DNA from: Eledone cirrhosa
Lineage: Eukaryota
Direction: 5' to 3'
Length of the DNA: 64,000 bases
NCBI GenBank assembly: GCA_964016885.1
Contig: OZ024740.1
Coordinates: 340,008,001-340,072,000 of the forward strand
Both the position numbers and the translations under genes were made by a program. Positions 1-13,460 of the stretch are shown here, one piece after another. The notes beneath the pieces were generated by a model. The model had not been told where the DNA came from, did not search any database, and saw only the letters and a program-made list of their open reading frames with translations. Position 1 is the stretch's first letter. Each line of letters starts with the position of its first letter.

Positions 1-44
1 TTAGTTGGGTTCCTCATCAAAAGGTGCATATATCATGTAAACAA
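1..44 (-). CDS. Host secreted-protein gene, last coding exon ((I)VYMIYAPFDEEPN*)
   Basis: Acceptor tttccttgtAG at 45-46; phase-1 join with the 350-472 exon stays open to TAA at 3..1. Confidence 0.6.
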
Positions 45-349
45 CTACAAGGAAATACATAACTGAGGGGATTATATACCCTACCACTTATAGTAGTGTC
101 CTAAAATGGATATACTAGTTTGCATATTATTAGCACTTATGTTGGTAGTTAATTAAGATATAAAGTTATCTGTTAAGTTATAATCTATAGAGTGTGTCTA
201 CAGGTAGACAAGGTATTTATCTAAACAAGAGAATGAATCTCTACAAATAGACTGTAACTATGGATCAACTCTGTACTATTGCAATGTACATCAAAGATGG
301 TTATTACACATTGAGCTAATCAACAAATCCCAAACAATTTTCTACTTAC

Positions 350-472
350 TGTAATCTTTGCATAACAATTCAATTTTTTCAGTAACATCATCACTTAAAT
401 CCTGTAAATTATCAGCCAATGTTTCCAGCTTCGTGATCAGGTTATCAACTTTATACAGTGGGTTCGAGCTAT
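350..472 (-). CDS. Host gene exon ((Y)SSNPLYKVDNLITKLETLADNLQDLSDDVTEKIELLCKDY)
   Basis: ctttttcttatttcAG acceptor, GTAAGT donor, 123 nt, symmetric phase 1, open frame, amphipathic helix. Confidence 0.85.
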
Positions 473-671
473 CTGAAATAAGAAAAAGTAGGTTTTATCC
501 CTGTTGTTATGTGTATTTAGTTTATATTTGGTGGAGACAGAGTGGCACCAATAACCTTTGCAAGGTCTCCTGAACTGATATTTGATCCAACTCTCAGCAC
601 TCTAAGCTCAAATCTTGTTACAGTCAGCTTTACTTTTCATCCTTTCAGAGTCAATAAATAAAGTACTAATC

Positions 672-770
672 CAAGGCAATGGATTGCTTAGATCGTTAGA
701 GTGTCAGACAGGATGCCTTGCAGTATCTCTTCTGATTTTGTGTGTTCTAAGTTCAAATCCAACTTTCTGT
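672..770 (+). mobile_element. Degenerate tRNA-derived SINE head
   Basis: B-box-like GTTCAAATCC; resembles copies at 37770-38050 and 56630-56820. Confidence 0.5.
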
Positions 771-1306
771 CACCAGAAAATTGATAACAGAGGCAGATTA
801 AGATTGTTGGGGCCTCAGTTAAAAATTTCATTGGTGAAGTGTGTGAGGATATAGTAGCAAAAAAAAATAATTTTGGGCCCCTTACATAATGTAGGGCCAC
901 TGGGTTAGAGCCTCTATCATTTAAACACTTCTTCCTATGAGAGGCAACTTCATAGGACACCAGCTAAATATATACAGCAATGAACTATAACAACTCGCTA
1001 AAAATGCTAGGTCAGGCCCATAGACACACTGCTCCCTTTCTCTTCCTATTCTATTGCAACTACAGAAGCTTATGCTCTTCTGAACCAGCTAGTTGCATAC
1101 CACCTCCACACATACACACAACAATGTATTTGACTTTATTCCTCCAATCACCATACTAAGTTGCAGAACTAATCTTCCCAGTCCCTCTTCACCTGCACAT
1201 CAATCTTCTGAAAATCCTTCTTGTGTTGACTTGTGATTAATGTAGTTATAAACAACAGCAGTGTCTTATAGAGAAGATGTTCCATGAGGTACAGCTACAT
1301 CAATGC

Positions 1307-1475
1307 AAAGCTGGTAATAGACCAGGCCAGATATAAAATGCCTGTCCACTCTCCCAAAGCTGGTAATAGATTCAAACCAGATATAAAATGCTGTCTGCAC
1401 ACTCTCCCAGAGCTGGTAATAGACCAGGCCAGGTATAAAATGTTGTCTGCACACTCTCCCAAAGCTAGTAATAGT
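1307..1475. repeat. Minisatellite, ~50-bp unit, ~3.3 copies
   Basis: Repeated AGCTGGTAATAGACCAGGCCAGATATAAAATG...CACTCTCCC. Confidence 0.85.
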
Positions 1476-1624
1476 CCCTTGTAAGATGTTAAATAAAATT
1501 TCAAACAACTCATTATTAAGTAATCATTGGTAAATGTATATAAATTATGTATGTGTTAAGGGTATATACATCTACATGAGGTGTACATAATGTACTTACA
1601 AAAAACATTTAAAAAAATTAAAAT

Positions 1625-1905
1625 TAGAAGGGACGTAGGTGTAAAAACCAAACTCACTATCTTCAATTCAGTATTTGTGCCACCACTTACCTATGGTCAT
1701 GAATGACCAAAAGAATACAATCACAATTACAAGCGGCCGAAATGTGGTTCCTCCAAAAGATCATTGGAGTAATGTTACTCAATAGAGTGCATAGCTCAGA
1801 GATGAGAGAGTCACTCCAGGTAGAGCTGCTACTTCTTCGAATTGAGAGATCACAGCTCTGATACTATGGGCATGTGGTTAGAATATCTCAAGAAAGAATT
1901 GCTGG
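1625..1905 (+). mobile_element. Old RTE-clade LINE fragment (RT C-terminal region)
   Basis: Disrupted translation KTKLTIFNSVFVPPLTYGHE..QAAEMWFLQKI..RIERSQL.YYGHVVR. Confidence 0.7.
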
Positions 1906-2233
1906 ACAGATTTGTGTGTGCCTGTATCTGTGTGTGTGGTGTGTGAGTGTGTGTCTGTGTGTGTATATGCATGTGTGTATGTAAATGTGCATGAGTGAGT
2001 GTACGTGTGTATGTGTGTATGTGTGAGCACATGTGTGTGTGTGCCTGTATGCCTGTGTTTATGTCCTGTAACTTAACAGTTGAGAAAAATAAAATAAGTA
2101 TGAGACTTGAGAAAATAAGTACTGAGGTTGGTTGATCAACTGAATCAAGGCGGTGGTGGTGCTCCAGCATGGCCACAGCCTAATGGTAGAAACCAATAAA
2201 AGAATAAAATATTTATGGAAGAAAAATACTTAC

Positions 2234-2374
2234 AGTGGTAGAGTATTGTTTGGAGATGACTAATCATGTGATAGAGGGAACTTAGGAAGCAATTTTTATC
2301 AGTTTGAACAGTAAGAACAATTTCTCTCTGACTGAACTTATCACACAACATTGATATAGAAGAATTCTGATATT
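2234..2374 (-). CDS. Host gene exon ((E)YQNSSISMLCDKFSQREIVLTVQTDKNCFLSSLYHMISHLQTILYH)
   Basis: ttttgttttgttccAG acceptor, GTAAGT donor, 141 nt, symmetric phase 1, open frame. Confidence 0.85.
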
Positions 2375-2586
2375 CTGGAACAAAACAAAATGCACAAATT
2401 AAAACTCCTTGTGGAAGGTCTGCTAGATTTTTTCACAATTTATCAAGATTTTCATATGACATAGCAACAGATTCTATCACATAATGTTTGATAAATTGCT
2501 AGTATGCTAATACTGCATGAAAATTAAAGGATTTGTTATATATATATATATATATATTGTTATACTTTGGGAGGGTCAGAAACGAA

Positions 2587-2667
<81 letters not shown>

Positions 2668-2724
2668 CTTATAAATATATCTATATATATATATATACAC
2701 ACATATACATATACACACATATAT

Positions 2725-3292
2725 ACACAAAGCAAAGCATAAACGAATTGAGAGAGAGACTGAGCATAAGAGAAAGAATCAAATGGTGTGTGCAGGAGAG
2801 GAGGTTGTGTTGGTATGGACATGTGATGCGTATGAAGGATGACAGATGCATAAAAAGGTGCAGAACACTAGAAGTCGATGGAAACCGCGGAGTGGACAGA
2901 CCCAAGAAGACCTGGGATGAGGTGATAAAAGCCGACCTTACCCAATTGCACCTCTCAAGGGTGATGACACACGGTTGTGACCTCTGGCGTCACACAGTAA
3001 TACAGAAGACCCGACTTCCCACCGGTACAAGCCGAAACTGAAGCATATAGACAATATGCTCCCACCCCCTTCCACTGTAAAGTGGTCGTGGAGGTGCCAT
3101 GGCAAAAAAGCACTCAGCACTCACTGTAAATGAGATTGGTGTTAGGAAGGGCATCCAGCTGTAGAAATCAAGCCAGAATCAGTTCCCATATGAGCAAGAC
3201 AAGGTCAGCCAACTGGACACTGCCCACAACAGGACAACCCATCTAACCCATGCTAACGTGGAAGAATGGACATAAAACGGTGATGATGATGA
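2725..3292 (+). mobile_element. 5'-truncated RTE LINE (family B), end of ORF plus 3' UTR
   Basis: QSINELRERL..RRLCWYGHVMRM..RPKKTWDEVI, a 3' UTR shared with 16350-16650, and a (GAT)n tail. Confidence 0.9.
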
Positions 3293-3303
3293 TATATATA
3301 CAC

Positions 3304-3358
<55 letters not shown>

Positions 3359-3359
3359 C

Positions 3360-3390
<31 letters not shown>

Positions 3391-3396
3391 CATGTA

Positions 3397-4313
3397 TGGT
3401 GGCTGCCAACTCGTTTTCGAGTACGGCCACTACTTTATATCCATGTAGGAGAACCCCTACTGATGTGCTGAACGAGTGTGACTTTTTAGTCCAGCCAGTG
3501 ACTTGAAAACTCTGGTACAAACACTACACCTGTGACAATTATTGACACATAGTGCTGGGCCCATTGTACCCTGTGATGACAAGTGCAGAGAGATCTCCAG
3601 ATATAAAGCAATGCCTGTGCCGTGAAGCTTTTATAGTGAGCAAAGGCACTGCACAAAGCCAGTCCCACTCTCTTAACCAAGATGATATTTACCAAAAAGA
3701 AGAACAAGTCAACATCATTGGATACCATCAGGGTTGCAGGTGTTATATCAGAGTTTTTCTTCTCCTAGAATTCTGCCTTGACAAAGGCTAAGGGGTCATC
3801 TCATATATATACATATATATATACAGATATATATACATGTATATATACATATATACATACAGGGCAAAGGAGCTCTTAAGAGTCAATGGCCATCCAAAAT
3901 CACCGGGAGAGATGACCTCTTAGCCTTTGTCAAGGCAGAATTCTAGGAGAAGGAAAACTCTGATATAACACCTGCAACCCTGATGGTATCCAATGATGTT
4001 GACTTGTTCTTCTTTTTGGTAAATATCATCTTGGTTAAGAGAGTGGGACTGGCTTTGTGCAGTGCCTTTGCTCACTATAAAAGCTTCACGGCACAGGCAT
4101 TGCTTTATATCTGGAGATCTCTCTGCACTTGTCGTCACATGGTACCATGGGCTTAGCACTATGTGTCAATAATTGTCACAGATGTAGTGTTTGTACCAGA
4201 GTTTTCAAGTCGCTGGCTGGACTAAAATGTCACACTCGTTCAGCGCATCGGTAGGGGTTCTCCTACATGGATATAAAGTAGTGGCCGTACTCGAAAACGA
4301 GTTGGCAGCCACC
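3397..4313. repeat. Head-to-head inverted pair of a ~400-bp element, probably a LINE 5' UTR fragment
   Basis: 3397-3802 is the reverse complement of ~3909-4313 with few mismatches; near-identical ORFs on opposite strands in the track. Confidence 0.85.
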
Positions 4314-4503
4314 ATATATATACATATATATATACATATATATATATACATGTATATATACATATATATATATACATATATATATATACATATATATATA
4401 CATGTATATATACATATATATATATATACATGTATATATACATATATATATATATACATGTATATATACATATATATATACATATATATATATACATGTA
4501 TAT

Positions 4504-7500
4504 ATGAATGACAGAATAACTAAAATAAGACTTGTTCTAAACAGAACTACTGTGACAGTAATATCTGCATACGCGCCCCAATCCGGACTGCCCAGCACTA
4601 TAAAAGACAGATTCTATGAGACATTGATGCTCACTACCTCCCAAATATCCGACAGTGACTATATAATTATTGCTGGCGACCTAAATGGCCACGTTGGACA
4701 ACATTGTGACGGCTATGACGGAATCCACAGAGACTATGGGTTTGGTACTAGAAACGAGGAAGGCTCCAGAATCCGGGAATTCTGTGATGCAAACAACCTA
4801 ACTATCTGTAACACTAACTTCAAAAAACGAGACAATCACTTGATCACCTACAGATCAGAGGAACATACCAGCCAGGTAGATTATATCCTTACCAGGAGAC
4901 GTGACAGAGTGACTGTTGTAAACACTAAATCCCTCCCCCATGAAGAATGCACCTCCCAACATAGACTGATAATTAGCGACCTCATAGTCAGGACGAGACG
5001 TACTAGACAGCAGAAGAGGACTATCCTCAGGAGAAAAATATGGAAGCTAAAGGATCCCACAGCCAGAAATAAATTTCAAAGCATATTACTTGATGCTTTC
5101 GACAGTAAGGAAGAGCAATTAGAGTCGTACAAGGTAGAGGAACAGTGGGAATTCCTGAAAGCAAACCTGCTGATGGCGGCAGACGAAGTCTGTGGCTGGA
5201 GCAGGCCTGTAGGCAGGAGGAGAGTAACATGGTGGTGGAACAGTAAGGTGGAGGGGTCAATCAAGGCCAACAAGCAGGCTTGGAAAGCATGGCGGGATGG
5301 GGGAAGTAGAGAAGACTATCAAGTGGCCAGCAGGGAAGCTAGGAGACAAGTGTACTTCGCAAGAAGTGAAGCAGAGGAAAGAAAGGTCAAGCATGTTCTA
5401 CAACGCGAGGACCAAAAACATGAGGTGTTCAGGATTGCTAGGCAATGTGTCAAGGAAAACCGTGATATTGTCGGGGAGAAGTGTGTACTTAACGATGATG
5501 GCGTACTTGCCATCACTGACGCTGATAAGAAGGTAGCTTGGAAGTGTCACTACGAAAGGCTACTAAATGAGGAAAATAAATGGGAGAAAGACAGTCTCCC
5601 CACATCGACCCAATAGAGGGACCAGCAGTGTTAATCGAAGGTAGTATAATAAGTAAGGCAATCAAAGATATGAAGACGGGTAAGGCGGCTGGGCCTTCAG
5701 AAATAGTTGCTGAGATGCTGAAAGCCTCTGGAACGGTGGGACACACCATGGTCACCCGGATAGTAAACCAAGTCATACAGAATGGGGTTGTTCCGAAGGA
5801 CTGGCGTAGCAGCATCATCGTTAACTGTTACAAGGGTAAAGGAGACGCCCTAGATAGGAGTAACTATAGAGGCATTAAATTAATCGACCAGGTCATGAAG
5901 GTCACGGAAAAAGTAATAGCGCAACTAATCAGAGAGAGAATTGATCTAGATGAAATACAGTTCGGGTTTGTGTCAGGCAAAAGTACCACAGACGCACTTT
6001 TCATTGTACGACAACTACAGGAGAAGTACCTAGCTAAAAGTAAACCCCTATACTTAGCTTTTGTCGACTTGGAGAAAGCCTTCGACAGAGTCCCCCGTTC
6101 CATTATCTGGTGGGCTCTTAGAAAACTAGGTGTTGACGAATGGCTTGTGAGAGCCATACAAGCCATGTATAAAGAAACAGTCAGCAAGGTTAGAATTAAC
6201 AACGAATATAGTGAAGAGTTTAGCGTAAAAGTTGGTGTCCATTAGGGCTCTGTTCTTAGCCCCCTACTATTTATTATTGCCCTTCAGGCTATAACAGAGG
6301 AGTTCAAGACTGGCTGCCCATGGGAACTCCTATACGCAGATGATCTAACGCTCATAGCTAGAGAAGAAATTCCAAACATGGAAGCACGGCCTAGAATCAA
6401 AAGGCCTTAAAATTAACCTGGCTAAAACTAAAGTTCTAGTTTGTAGGAAAGAAAATAAGGCGCCGGTCCCTTCCGGGAAATGGCCATGCTCAGTGTGTAG
6501 GAAAGGCGTAGGTAGAAACTCCATTTTATGTCCCAAATGCAAAGTATGGGTGCATAAAAGATGTAGTGGGATCACAGGTAAGCTAACTAAGAACTTAGAT
6601 TTTACATGTGGGCGGTGCTCTGGTGCAATAAGTAGCAGCGAGTTCCCACAAAATACTAACTATTTCAATTGCGCAGAGGGCTCTATAGAAATAGTTGACA
6701 GCTTCCGTTACGTGGGTGACAAAATCAGCAGTGGGGGAGGGTGCTCCGAAAGTACAGTAGCTAGAGTCAGAACTGGATGGAAAAAGTTCAGAGAGATTAT
6801 ACCACTATTAGCCGCTAAAGGGTTCTCCCTAAAAATGAAAGGCAGGTTGTATGATGCCTGCATACGAACAGCAATGTTGCATGGCAGTGAGACCTGGGCA
6901 TTGTGCGCAGAGGATATACGCAGACTAGAGAGGAACGAAGCTTGCATGCTCCGCTGGATGTGTAATAGTAATATACGTGAACGGCAAAGCATAAACGAAC
7001 TAAGGAAAAAATTAGAAATAAGAGGGATCAGATGTTGTTTACTCGAGAGAAGGCTACGTTGGTACGGACACGTGATGCGCATGAAAGTCGATAGCTGTAT
7101 AACAAAGTGCAGGGCAATAAAGATAGACGGTAGCCACGGAATAGGCAGACCTAGAAAATCCTGGGACGAGCTGATAAACTCCGACCTCACACACTTACAC
7201 CTCTCCAAGACAATGTCACTGGACCGAGACCTTTGGCGGTACTCAGTAATAGAGAAGACCCGCCTTACCTAAATACATAGTAAAACCTACTACAGCCAGT
7301 AGGCATCTCTAACAAAATACACCCCCGTCCCACCACTCACACCCCCATCCACACCACCCTCTCCTATGTAAAGTTATGTTGGTGCCACAACAACCAGGCC
7401 GAAACAAATGAGATTGTGTAGGTGTCACGACAAAAAAACACACAGTCCACGCTGTAATGTGGCCGTGTAGGCAACACGGTAAAAACCTCCCAGTCCCACA

Positions 7501-7660
7501 CTGTAAATGTGGTTGGTGTTAGGAAGGGCATCCAACTGTAGAAAACCTGCCAGACAGTCCTATGCGAGCAAGACAATCACTCTTACCTCAAGTGGGAATA
7601 CCCCCGTCCAAACCCATGCAAGCGTGGAACACGGACGTTAAACGTTGATGATGATGATGA
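4504..7660 (+). mobile_element. RTE LINE family A, 5'-truncated and inactive (APE endonuclease part + RT + PHD-like finger)
   Basis: ORFs 4402-5616, 5580-6245 and 6493-7272; [25 protein letters not shown]; frameshift ~5600, TAG at 6243, small deletion ~6358; 3' UTR ending in (GAT)n. Confidence 0.95.
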
Positions 7661-7665
7661 CATAC

Positions 7666-7716
<51 letters not shown>

Positions 7717-7731
7717 CATATATATATATAC

Positions 7732-7782
<51 letters not shown>

Positions 7783-7992
7783 CATATATATATACATATA
7801 TATATACCCACTCTACTACCCTAAGTATTGAGTACTTTGGTGCGTTATGGTCCACCTGGTTCCTTACCACATTTCCTTCGTTATATATATATACATATAT
7901 ATACATATATATATAGATAGATAAATATACACGGGTGTGTATGATTGTGTATAGAAGATTATATTAATTATTTAAATTAATACACGAGACTG

Positions 7993-8050
<58 letters not shown>

Positions 8051-8052
<2 letters not shown>

Positions 8053-8378
8053 TAATAAAAGGAATTCCAACTTTGATCTACTCGTTTTATTTACAATCCT
8101 TTAAAATTTATAATGGCATTAGAATGAAATAGTATGGTAGAATATTAAATGTTAAGTGTTAATTGTCAAGTTTGCAATTTTCAACTGTTGAAAATTGCAA
8201 ACTTGACTGTCACCACATATTATGAACCTGAAGATTGCGAAAACATGAAAGTACTTGTTCAATTAACACTTAGAATTTAATATTCTATCATACTATTTCA
8301 TTATAATACCATTATAAATTTTAAAGGATTGTAAATAAAACGAGTAAATCAGACAAAGTTGGAATTCCTCTTATTAAT
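8051..8378. mobile_element. Foldback element with a minimal hammerhead-like motif (Penelope-type remnant)
   Basis: Arms 8051-8165 and 8260-8378 are inverted; internal palindrome 8165-8207; TGAAC-CTGAAGA..GAAA-GTAC-TT-GTTCA at 8223-8261. Confidence 0.6.
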
Positions 8379-8394
8379 ACATATATATATATAC

Positions 8395-8427
<33 letters not shown>

Positions 8428-8430
8428 CAC

Positions 8431-8474
<44 letters not shown>

Positions 8475-9250
8475 ATATATATATATACATGTATATATAT
8501 ACATATATATACATATATATATACATATATATATATACATATATATATACATGTATATATACATGTATATATACATGTATATATACATATATATATACAT
8601 GTATATATACATATATATATACATGTATATATACATATATATATACATATATATATACATATATATATACATATATATATACATGTATATATACATGTAT
8701 ATATACATGTATATATACATATATATATATACATGTATATATACATGTATATATACATATATATATATATACATGTATATATACATATATATATATACAT
8801 GTATATATACATATATATATATATACATGTATATATACATATATATATATACATGTATATATACATATATATATATACATGTATATATACATATATATAT
8901 ATACATGTATATATACATATATATATATACATGTATATATACATATATATATATACATGTATATATACATATATATATATACATGTATATATACATATAT
9001 ATATATACATGTATATATACACATGTATATATACATGTATATATATACATGTATATATACATATATATATATACATGTATATATACATATATATATATAC
9101 ACATGTATATATACATATATATACATGTATATATACATATATATATATACATGTATATATACATATATATATATACATGTATATATACATATATATATAT
9201 ACATGTATATATACATATATATATATACATGTATATATACATATATATAT

Positions 9251-9288
<38 letters not shown>
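8379..9288. repeat. Compound (TA)n/TACATG microsatellite array with a ~26-bp higher-order unit
   Basis: Direct reading; source of the YI/TC ORF artefacts. Confidence 0.95.
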
Positions 9289-9290
<2 letters not shown>

Positions 9291-9574
9291 AATTCCTTAA
9301 TTCTATCGTATCCCCAAACAAAAAAAAAACAAAATCCTTCCCATTCTTAATTCTATCGTATCGTCCAATTCCTTAATTCTATCGTATTCTCAAACAAAAA
9401 ACAAAATCCTTCCCATTCTACTTCTTATAAATTACTTTAAATATATATATATTATGCTACTTGAAAGTCAAAAAAACCGCTCTACCCCTTCACCCTCCAC
9501 GAGGGGCTGCGGTCAGCCACAATCTCTCTCCCCCTTCCCCCCTCTCTTTCTTCCCCTCTCTCTCTCTCTTAGCT

Positions 9575-9613
<39 letters not shown>

Positions 9614-9619
9614 AGATAA

Positions 9620-12600
9620 GTTCTCCTTCATGTTTATTCACTTTCGCCAATCCACCGCTGCTTCAATTATTTCCTACTACGGTGTACTCATGTAAATCGT
9701 AAAGTACAAATTTTTCTCCTCCATCTATTCCACGCTCAATTTTCGTACATAGTCCAAACATCCAATCTCGCAAAATCCGAAATCTGTATCTTTTGTTATC
9801 TATTTAAGGTTTAAATACGGTGTTTTTGTCGTATTGAACAGAACAAATCTTGCAGTTTTGCTTTTTGTTAAATCGCTTGTTAAACATTCATAACCTTCCA
9901 GCTCTTTGTTTCGTCCGCGGATGGCTAACGTAACCCTATCTCCCCCGCCCCCCACCACCCCCACCCTCCAAACGCAACCCAAAACTTCAGAGTTGGTACC
10001 ATAAATGTGGGCACCCTAAAGGGTCGCGCTAACGAGGTTGTAGAAATGCTTGAACGTAAGGAGGTCGATGTTTGTTGTATTCAAGAGACCAGGTGGAGGG
10101 GTGGGTCTGCTAGATTCATTGAGGGTAAAAAACGATGTTATAAGCTTTTCTGGGTGGGAAACGACGATGGGCTGGGTGGAGTAGGAATCATGGTAGCAGA
10201 AAAGTGGGCAGATAAGATAATAGACGTAAATAGAGTGAACGACAGAATAATTAAAATAAGACTTGTCCTCAATAAAACTACGGTGACAGTAATATCTGCG
10301 TACGCACCCCAATCCGGACTGCCCGGCACTATAAAAGACAGATTCTATGAGACACTGTTGCTAACTACCTCCCAAATATCTGACAGTGACTATATAATTA
10401 TTGCAGGCGACCTAAATGGTCACGTTGGACAACATTGTGACGGCTACGACGAAATCCATGGAGGCTATGGGTTTGGTACTAGAAATGAGGGAGGCTCCAG
10501 AATCCTGGAATTCTGTGATGCAAATAACCTAACTATCTGTAACACTAACTTCAAAAAACGTGACAATCACCTGATCACCTATAGATCAGGGGAACACACA
10601 AGCCAGGTAGATTATATCCTTACCAGAAGACGTGACAGAGTGTCTGTTGTAAACACTAAATCCCTCCCCCATGAAGAATGCACCTCCCAACATAGACTGA
10701 TAATTAGCGACCTCATAGTCAGGACGAGACGTACTCGACAGCAGAAGAGGACTATCCTCAGGAGGAAAATATGGAAACTAAAGGACCCCACAGCCAGAAA
10801 TAAATTTCAAAGCATATTACTTGATGCTTTCGACAGTAAGGAAGAGCATCTAGAATCGGACAATATAGAGGGACAGTGGGAATTTCTGAAAGCAAACCTG
10901 CTGTTGGCGACAGACGAAGTCTGTGGCTGGAGCAGGCCTGTAGGCAGGAGGAGAGTAACTTGGTGGTGGAACAGTAGGGTGGAGGGGTCAATTAAGGCCA
11001 AAAAGCAGGCTTGGAAAGTATGGCGGGATGGGGGAAGTAGAGTAGACTATCAAGTGGCCAGGAGGGAAGCTAGGAGAGAAGTGTACTTAGCAAGAAGGGA
11101 AGCTGAGGAAAGAAAGTTCAAGCATGTTCTACAACGCGATGACCAAAAACGTGAGGTGTTCAGGATTGCCAGGCAATGCGTCAAGGAAAACCGTGATATT
11201 GTCGGGGAGAAGTGTGTACTTAACGATGATGGCATACTTGCCATCACCGACACTGATAAGAAGGTAGCTTGGAAGTGTCATTATGAAAGGCTACTAAATG
11301 AGGAGAATAAATGGGAGAAAGACAGTCTCCCCCATATCGACCCGATAGAGGGACCAGCAGTGTTAGTCGAGGGGAGTATAATAAGTAAGGCAATCAAGGA
11401 TATGAAGACGGGTAAGGCGGCTGGGCCTTCGGAAATAGTTGCTGAGATGCTGAAGGCATCTGGCACGGTGGGACACACCATGGTCACCCGCATAGTTAAC
11501 CAAGTCGTACAGAATGGGGTTGTTCCGAAGGACTGGCATAGCAGCATCATCGTTAACTGTTATAAGGGTAAAGGAGACGCCCTAGATAGGAGTAACTATA
11601 GAGGCATTAAATTAATCGACCAGGTCATGAAGGTCACGGAAAAAGTAATAGCGCAACTAATCAGAGAGAGAATTGACCTAGATGAAATGCAGTTCGGGTT
11701 TGTGTCAGGCAAAAGCACCAGACGCCCTTTTCATAGTACGACAACTACAGGAGACGTACCTAGCTAAAGGTAGACCCCTCTACTTAGCTTTTGTCGACCT
11801 GGAGAAAGCCTTCGACAGAGTCCCCCGCTCCATTATCTGGTGGGCTCTTAGAAAACTAGGCGTTGACGAATGGCTTGTGAGGGCTATACAAGCCATGTAT
11901 AAAGAAACAGTCAGCAAGGTTAGAATTAACAACGAATATAGTGAAGAGTTTAGCGTAAAAGTTGGCGTCCATCAGGGCTCTGTTCTCAGCCCCCTACTAT
12001 TTATTATTGCCCTTCAGGCTATAACAGAGGAGTTCAAGACAGGCTGCCCATGGGAACTCCTATACGCAGACGACCTGACACTCATAGCGGAATCAATGGC
12101 CGAGCTAGAGAAGAAATTCCAAACATGGAAGCACGGCCTAGAGTCAAAAGGACTTAAAATTAACCTGGCTAAGACCAAAGTTCTAGTTTGTAGGAAAGAA
12201 AACAAGGCGCCGGTCCCTTCCGGGAAATGGCCATGCTCAGTGTGTAGGAAAGGCGTAGGTAGAAACTCCATTTTATGTCCCAAATGCAAAGTATGGGTGC
12301 ATAAAAGATGTAGTGGGATCACAGGTAAGCTAACTAAGAACATAGATTTTACATGTGGCCGGTGTTCTGGTGCAATAAGTAGCAGCAAGTGCCCACAAAA
12401 TACTAGCTCTTTCAATTGCGCAGAGGGTTCTATAGAAATAGTGGACAGCTTCCGTTACCTGGGCGATAAAATCAGCAGTGGGGGAGGGTGCTCTGAAAGT
12501 ACTGTAGCTAGAGTCAGAACTGGTTGGAAAAAGTTCAGAGAGCTTATACCACTATTAGCTGCTAAAGGGTTCTCCCTAAAAATGAAAGGCAGGTTGTACG

Positions 12601-13390
12601 ATGCCTGCATACGAACAGCAATGTTGCATGGTAGTGAGACCTGGGCATTGTGTGCAGAGGATATACGCAGACTAGAGAGGAACGAAGCTTGCATGCTCCG
12701 CTGGATGTGTAACAGTAATATACGTGAACGGCAAAGCATAAACGAACTAAGGAAAAAATTAGAGATAAGAGGGATCAGATGTTGTTTACTCGAGAGAAGG
12801 CTGCGTTGGTATGGACACGTGATGCGCATGAAAGTCAATAGCTGTATAACAAAGTGCAGGGCAATAAAGATAAACGGTAGCCACGGAATAGGCAGACCTA
12901 GAAAAACATGGGATGAGCTGATAAACTCCGACCTCACACACTTACACCTCTCCAAGACAATGTCACTGGACCGAGACCTTTGGCGGTACTCAGTAACAGA
13001 GAAGACCCGCCTTGCCAGTAGGCATCTCTAACAAAATACACCCCGTCCCGCCACCACCCCCACCCCATCCACACCACCCCGTTCTATGTAAAGTTATGTT
13101 GGTGCCGCGCCATCCAGGCCGAAACAAATGAGATCGTGTAGGTGTCACGACAAAAAAACACACAGTCCACGCTGTAATGTGGCCGTGTAGGCAACACGGT
13201 AAAAACCTCCCAGACCCACACTGTAAATGTGGTTGGTGTTAGGAAGGGCATCCAACTGTAGAAAACCTGCCAGACAGTCCTATGCGAGCAAGACAATCAC
13301 TCTTGCCTCAAGTGGGACTACCCCATTCCAAACCCATGCAAGCGTGGAACACGGACGTTAAACGTTGATGATGATGATGATGATGATGAT
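9620..13390 (+). mobile_element. Near full-length RTE LINE family A (APE + RT + PHD-like finger)
   Basis: ATG at 9921 is out of frame across a poly-C tract; ORFs 10007-11767 and 11682-13031 are joined by a 2-bp deletion near 11718 relative to the 4504 copy; CIQETRW, GDLN, SQHR, YADD; (GAT)n tail; 5' boundary approximate. Confidence 0.95.
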
Positions 13391-13422
13391 ATATACATGT
13401 ATATATACATATATATATATAA

Positions 13423-13460
<38 letters not shown>

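Noticed and set aside
3885-3960. HDV-like ribozyme at the putative LINE 5' end
   Set aside because: A GGCCATC/GATGACC helix exists, but the nested double pseudoknot could not be built by eye.
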